Virus record (IMG/VR): IMGVR_UViG_3300032221_000405
Span: 1 to 39,566 of that record
Length of the DNA: 39,566 nt
Reading direction: 5' to 3' (one strand)
Source of the DNA: a virus
Taxonomy: Duplodnaviria > Caudoviricetes
In this document: piece by piece, positions 35,106 through 39,566 of the stretch
How the letters are laid out: every line of letters begins with the position of its first letter
Position numbering within the stretch: position 1 is the first letter of the stretch
Program-made: the position numbers and the translations under genes
Notes under the pieces: model-generated
What the model was told of the DNA's origin: nothing
Databases searched by the model: none
What the model saw: only the letters and a program-made list of their open reading frames with translations

Positions 35106-37448
35106 CTATCCTGGCGTTGGGTTCATTGGCGGCGGTTTAGGCGCTGCGGATGATGGCGATGGCGGTGGTGGCTTCGGCGCGTTGTTGGCGCCCTGCGGTC
35201 CTTGCGCGCCCGGTAACAATCCTTCCGGCCCAGTTTGCGGAGGACCGGACGCCGCGCCGTTCTGCGCGGTAATACTTGGCATGCCTTCGGCGATGAGCTC
35301 ATCAATGTCGAGACGGTCGTCAAGACGCTTGATTGCTTCTTTCGCGAGGGCAATCGGATTAATGCCTGGAAGCTGCATCAAAATGGGCGCTAATTTTTCA
35401 AACGCCATCAGCTCTTGTTGTTGATTTGGGCGCCCAGAACTTCCCGCTTCAATTTCAAGCGTCAGTTCTCTTGCAACTTCGCCTTTTGTTAACGAAGGCC
35501 AAACGGCGCCAGGGCCGCATATTTCCTTTACGGTCTCTTCGCTCACATTCAATAAAAGAATTTGACCTGCAGCGCGTGCAAGCTCTGTAAGCGTTGAATC
35601 AATATCATCAATTGCGGAGCCCATAGACGACGCACGCGAGTTTGCAGCGACGCTTGTCTCTGTCGCTGTCTGTCCCGCGGTGCCGCCGAGATTTGCTTCC
35701 TGGTCGCCAACACTGCGAAGCATATCTTGAAACACCGGATTAACTTCATACAAATTTGGGTCGACAGGGACGCCAGTAAATGGCTGCAGAACTGTTTTAA
35801 TATCTTGCTGCGGCTGCAAGCCGCTAATTGAAATAAGCGCGTTAACCGGATGGTTTTTTAACGCGTCTAAATCTTCTTCGGATAATAATCCTTCCGCATA
35901 CATAATCTTTGGACGATTTGCGAAACGATGTTCGCGAAGCCCTTGGCGTGTTCTATTAAGTTCGAGCTGCATTGGACGAACAAGCGCAACGTCGCTCGTC
36001 GGATACACGCGGCCATCCGTTTCGTTAAACGCAACGAGAAAGAACGGCCAAAAACGGTCAGTGTATTCCTGCGGTGACTCCGGTTCGCAAGCAAAGTCTG
36101 GGTAGCCATCAATTATTGTGTATTTCAATCCATCTTTCTTCGACCAAACTTCCCAAACAAGACAGCTCTCGCTGTCGCCTTCGGAAATGTGCGCGTCGTC
36201 TTTACCGCCGTATGTGACCATGCGAATTGCGCGTTCATAGTCAGTGTTAACATCCTGGCGCGTATATGAAGTGTAATTCGTCCCAACGTCGATTCCGTAA
36301 ACCTCTTGCACTTCGTTCGGGGACATTATGAACTCTTCCGCAACCCAATCGGCATTGAGGAACGAACGTAATTCAACGCAACGAGGGTCGGGGATTACTG
36401 CAGTTGGCTTTGGGTATGTAAGAAGAAGACCTTCGCGAACGACAATCTCCGTCTCTTTCTTTAAGTCCTCAATAAGCAAACGAAGCTGTTCAACTTCCGC
36501 CCCATCTGTTTGAACTTCGTTGTCCGCGATGTCGGCGCTGATACGTTCAATAGTCGATAAGCGCTGCTGCATATCCGCTATGCGCGTCTCAACTTCAGCG
36601 TTTGGTTCCATCACGCGTTGAAAGCCGAGCTTAATCCAACCAACACCGGACGTCGCAGCGCGTCGAATAACCATCTTCATCATGCTTTTGAACGGCGAGG
36701 GCTGCTCGTCAATTTCGTATTGATAGAGGAGCTCCAACGTGCGGGCGATGCGGTCTTGCATCTCCAGCTGCGCTTTCACATTCTTGGCGTCAGTAATAAC
36801 CGCCTGCGCCTCCATAACAGCGCCCTCATCCGGCATTTGCGGCGGGGGCATTGGCATGGGCGGTGGCGCGCCCATTTCGCCATTTGGACCAGGAGGGGCG
36901 GGCGGCGCTTGGCCGGGCATTGGCGCGCCGGTCAACATCGAGGCGCCCATCATCATCATCGCCTGCTGCGCCATCTGCTGCTGCTGCATCGTTTGCTGCG
37001 CTTGCTGCAATGACTGCATCGAGCCGTCCCAAACGGTGTTCAATAATTTTGTGCGCTTGCGGCAAATAACTTTTGGGTTCTTTGCGTATAGGGACGCAAC
37101 TTTCTGCTGAACATGACGCAGCGTAATATTTGCCACATAACGGTCGTCGTATGAATCATTAAACGCGAGAGCTTTTGTTTCGCTCGGCCATTGGTCGCCT
37201 GCACAAAAACGCTGGTCGCGCTCCATCTGACGAAATGTTTTGTCCCAATGCTCTTTTCCCGTCTTCACCATTTTCTGCAGTGAATCAACAAGAGCTTTAC
37301 GCTGCGGCGTCGGCTCGGGGCGGTTGCGCTCAACAACCTCATCTCCAGGCGCGGTCGGATACTCAGACTCAAGGGCCATGGGGTCCATTGGTTCTGAACC
37401 GTCTAGAAGCCCTTCCGACATCATCCCCGGGTCGCCAATCATCACCAA
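35106..37448 (-). CDS. Portal protein (P22-like)
   Basis: Follows terL; FCAGDQW, GVGWIKLG, TATE and IEAGSSGRPN; Pro-rich tail. Confidence 0.88.
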   Translation of the reverse strand: MVMIGDPGMMSEGLLDGSEPMDPMALESEYPTAPGDEVVERNRPEPTPQRKALVDSLQKMVKTGKEHWDKTFRQMERDQRFCAGDQWPSETKALAFNDSYDDRYVANITLRHVQQKVASLYAKNPKVICRKRTKLLNTVWDGSMQSLQQAQQTMQQQQMAQQAMMMMGASMLTGAPMPGQAPPAPPGPNGEMGAPPPMPMPPPQMPDEGAVMEAQAVITDAKNVKAQLEMQDRIARTLELLYQYEIDEQPSPFKSMMKMVIRRAATSGVGWIKLGFQRVMEPNAEVETRIADMQQRLSTIERISADIADNEVQTDGAEVEQLRLLIEDLKKETEIVVREGLLLTYPKPTAVIPDPRCVELRSFLNADWVAEEFIMSPNEVQEVYGIDVGTNYTSYTRQDVNTDYERAIRMVTYGGKDDAHISEGDSESCLVWEVWSKKDGLKYTIIDGYPDFACEPESPQEYTDRFWPFFLVAFNETDGRVYPTSDVALVRPMQLELNRTRQGLREHRFANRPKIMYAEGLLSEEDLDALKNHPVNALISISGLQPQQDIKTVLQPFTGVPVDPNLYEVNPVFQDMLRSVGDQEANLGGTAGQTATETSVAANSRASSMGSAIDDIDSTLTELARAAGQILLLNVSEETVKEICGPGAVWPSLTKGEVARELTLEIEAGSSGRPNQQQELMAFEKLAPILMQLPGINPIALAKEAIKRLDDRLDIDELIAEGMPSITAQNGAASGPPQTGPEGLLPGAQGPQGANNAPKPPPPSPSSAAPKPPPMNPTPG

Positions 37449-39007
37449 CCTCCATTGCGAGCGCGTCGGTCGCGCTCTGCGTCCCGCGACTGTTTCTTAA
37501 TCCACCCCAACGTGTAAGGCGCCGGACCGCGCTCTGCCGCTTTTTGTGGGCGAGCGCGCACCTGTAACGCAAGCCCCAGGCCGATGTAGGCGAGACTGTC
37601 GACCGCGTCGTCGTTGGCGCCGAAGGGGAATTTCAAAATCTGGTCGTATAGTTCTGGATACCAAGTCGCGTAGCTGGGGAAATATACTTTACCCATCGCA
37701 ATGCGCCCGCGCAGCGATTGCGCTCGGGTCTGCTTGTCCTGCACCGGAACAATTTCATCAATGGCGCAAAACGTATTTCGCTCCAACATCCGTTTGCGCA
37801 AAAACGGTCCAATTGATTTCGAAATATGCCCGCGCTCCGCAAACCACATCAGCGGCTTGTATTGTTCCATGATGTTAATCATCTTCTCGACAACAACATC
37901 AGTTTCCCAGCGGCCCCATTCAATATTATCTATCAGCCAAATATTATCGTCAGCATCAATCCCAACAGTAACAAGACACGTCTTATCTCGGTCTTGCTTC
38001 GTTGATACTGCGTGGTCACTGGCGCAGTAGAATCGAAGCTCACTGTTTGGCGGTCTATCGGTCGGACGCGTGTAAACGCGCATTTTATCCGCGCTGAAAA
38101 AGTTTCCTTTTTCTGGCGTTGGGCTGCCTTGATAGAGCGCCTGGAACCCGCGGCCATCTGCTTCGCGGAGCTCATGCAAATACGTCACCGGAAAACGCTC
38201 CGGCCAGAGAGCCTCACCGACTTTCCTACCGAGAACGTCATTTTCTTTTGCAAGCGCTGGTAAATCAATGAGGCGCCACTTCTTCGCTTCCGCTGCAGAA
38301 TAGCAAGCGTTCATCGGGTCGGTAATACGACCGACGAGGTCATCTTCATGCCATCGAGTCTGGATAATAATTATGGCGCCTGTTGCAGTCATTAAGCGCG
38401 TCTTCAATACTTGATTATACCAAGACCAAAGTTTTTCACGCTTTGTCGGACTGTCCGCGTCTTCACGACTCTTAATAGGGTCGTCGACAAGTATGATGCT
38501 CGAACCTCTTCCGGTCAAAGAACCGCCAACGCCTGCAAGAAATAATTTCCCACCCTGCTCTGTTTCGAGTCGGTCAACAGATGCAGAGCCTGCTTTTAAT
38601 TTTACGTCAGGAAATATCTGCGAATATACCGGGTCATTTATTAAGGCGCGGCAATCTCTACCGAAGTCCCAACTCATCGACTCGTTATACGTTGCAAGAA
38701 TAACTGAATTGCGTGGATTTCTGCCTAAATACCACGTCGGAAAAAGACGTGAGGTTAATTGCGATTTACCGTGACGCGGGCCGAGATTAACAATTAATCT
38801 TTTAATTTTACCCTTCTCGACTTCTTCAAGCGCTGCTGCAATTACGCGGTGATGCTTTGCGACTTGATATTCGCTTTTGTCAGGATTTTCATGGTCGTCT
38901 TGCCTCGGCATCATTAACTTAGCGAAAGACAGCATGTCATCTTTCGCCAGCAAAGCGGCTTTGCGGCGTTTCAATGCAAGCAAATATCTCTGTTCGTCAG
39001 CGTTCAA
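37442..39007 (-). CDS. terL: Terminase large subunit
   Basis: PRHGKS, GGSLTGRG, ILVDDPIK, QTRWHEDD, nuclease ASD...DDAVDS. Likely TTG start at 39007 with AGGAAGG RBS; the track gives 39085. Confidence 0.95.
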   Translation of the reverse strand: MNADEQRYLLALKRRKAALLAKDDMLSFAKLMMPRQDDHENPDKSEYQVAKHHRVIAAALEEVEKGKIKRLIVNLGPRHGKSQLTSRLFPTWYLGRNPRNSVILATYNESMSWDFGRDCRALINDPVYSQIFPDVKLKAGSASVDRLETEQGGKLFLAGVGGSLTGRGSSIILVDDPIKSREDADSPTKREKLWSWYNQVLKTRLMTATGAIIIIQTRWHEDDLVGRITDPMNACYSAAEAKKWRLIDLPALAKENDVLGRKVGEALWPERFPVTYLHELREADGRGFQALYQGSPTPEKGNFFSADKMRVYTRPTDRPPNSELRFYCASDHAVSTKQDRDKTCLVTVGIDADDNIWLIDNIEWGRWETDVVVEKMINIMEQYKPLMWFAERGHISKSIGPFLRKRMLERNTFCAIDEIVPVQDKQTRAQSLRGRIAMGKVYFPSYATWYPELYDQILKFPFGANDDAVDSLAYIGLGLALQVRARPQKAAERGPAPYTLGWIKKQSRDAERDRRARNGGW

Positions 39008-39194
39008 AGAATGCCTTCCTTGTATGCGGAACAGCTTCGCCGTTAACGACATCATGCGTAAACGCGCTAACCCAACCCTCAACATATGAAAGGCCAGGAT
39101 AATGCGCGAGGTTAAGGGGTAGTTCTTCCTCGCTGCAATCCAGCTGCAAAATAACTTCGCCAGTGTCAGGCTTATAAAGCGTGTAGTGTGGCAT
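38997..39194 (-). CDS. Small tail-associated protein
   Basis: MPHYTLYKPDTGEVI; TAATG-coupled to the upstream tail gene. Confidence 0.6.
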   Translation of the reverse strand: MPHYTLYKPDTGEVILQLDCSEEELPLNLAHYPGLSYVEGWVSAFTHDVVNGEAVPHTRKAFFER

Positions 39195-39566
39195 TAGCGC
39201 ATAGCTCCATGAACGACGAGCGAGATGTTGCCTATCTCGATGTTTTGACCAGTTGGGCAGGATGGGCCGAGAACAAGCGAAAAATCGTGGTTGCCAGCGG
39301 GGAGCGTTCTCTCACAGCTGACAGCGTTTTGGTCGCGTAAATACCAGCCAATTTGCTGAACGCCGTCGATATGTATCCAGAACGCGCCATAGTCGATAAA
39401 ATTGCCGATAGCGCTTGTCGGCGTGCCGACCATTTCAATATGTGGCTTGCCATGTATTAACATGCTGCTTGAAAAATTGATGGTGCATTTCGCCTCATAA
39501 GGAAAGTTCACCGTCAACTTTACAACTTCCAGATTAGGTGCAATCTGCGTCACAGACTGCTTATTA
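39194..39566 (-). CDS. C-terminus of a tail/host-specificity protein (5' truncated)
   Basis: Frame is open to the window end (...NKQSVTQIAP); beta-rich, with an LPAGNHDFSL motif. Confidence 0.55.
   Translation of the reverse strand, partial: NKQSVTQIAPNLEVVKLTVNFPYEAKCTINFSSSMLIHGKPHIEMVGTPTSAIGNFIDYGAFWIHIDGVQQIGWYLRDQNAVSCERTLPAGNHDFSLVLGPSCPTGQNIEIGNISLVVHGAMR

Overview
Most of the genome of a temperate, short-tailed (podovirus-type) dsDNA phage. A GapR homologue and an attP derived from tRNA-Thr(GGT) point to an alphaproteobacterial host, probably Hyphomicrobiales (inference). Both window ends cut through tail or fibre genes on the minus strand, so it is probably a linearised circle with some sequence missing. 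Left to right: tail fibre N-terminus; a packaging/late-control intergenic region; terS-like, HGGxSTG-like and GapR genes; Prim-Pol/AAA primase-helicase; family A DNA polymerase; an accessory ParB-CTPase cassette; int/xis/cI and a divergent cro; RuvC-like resolvase, SNF2 helicase, DUF2800, DUF2815, DUF6378 and a DNA methyltransferase; attP; Pro/Gly-rich ORFs; a lysis region (DUF4239 bestrophin-like protein, HNH, GH19-like endolysin with membrane tail); two tail-lysozyme proteins, ejection proteins and a GNAT; nozzle, adaptor, capsid, scaffold, portal and terL. Most unusual signals: (i) a second, inverted, degenerate attP-like site 16.7 kb from attP; (ii) a ParB cassette without ParA whose gene carries a 16-bp palindrome that recurs at the late/packaging region; (iii) a family of GACC-loop leader hairpins; (iv) a bestrophin-like gene where a holin would be expected; (v) a GNAT beside virion proteins starting MGSGGGGG. 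All family assignments are by motif recognition; no database search was run.
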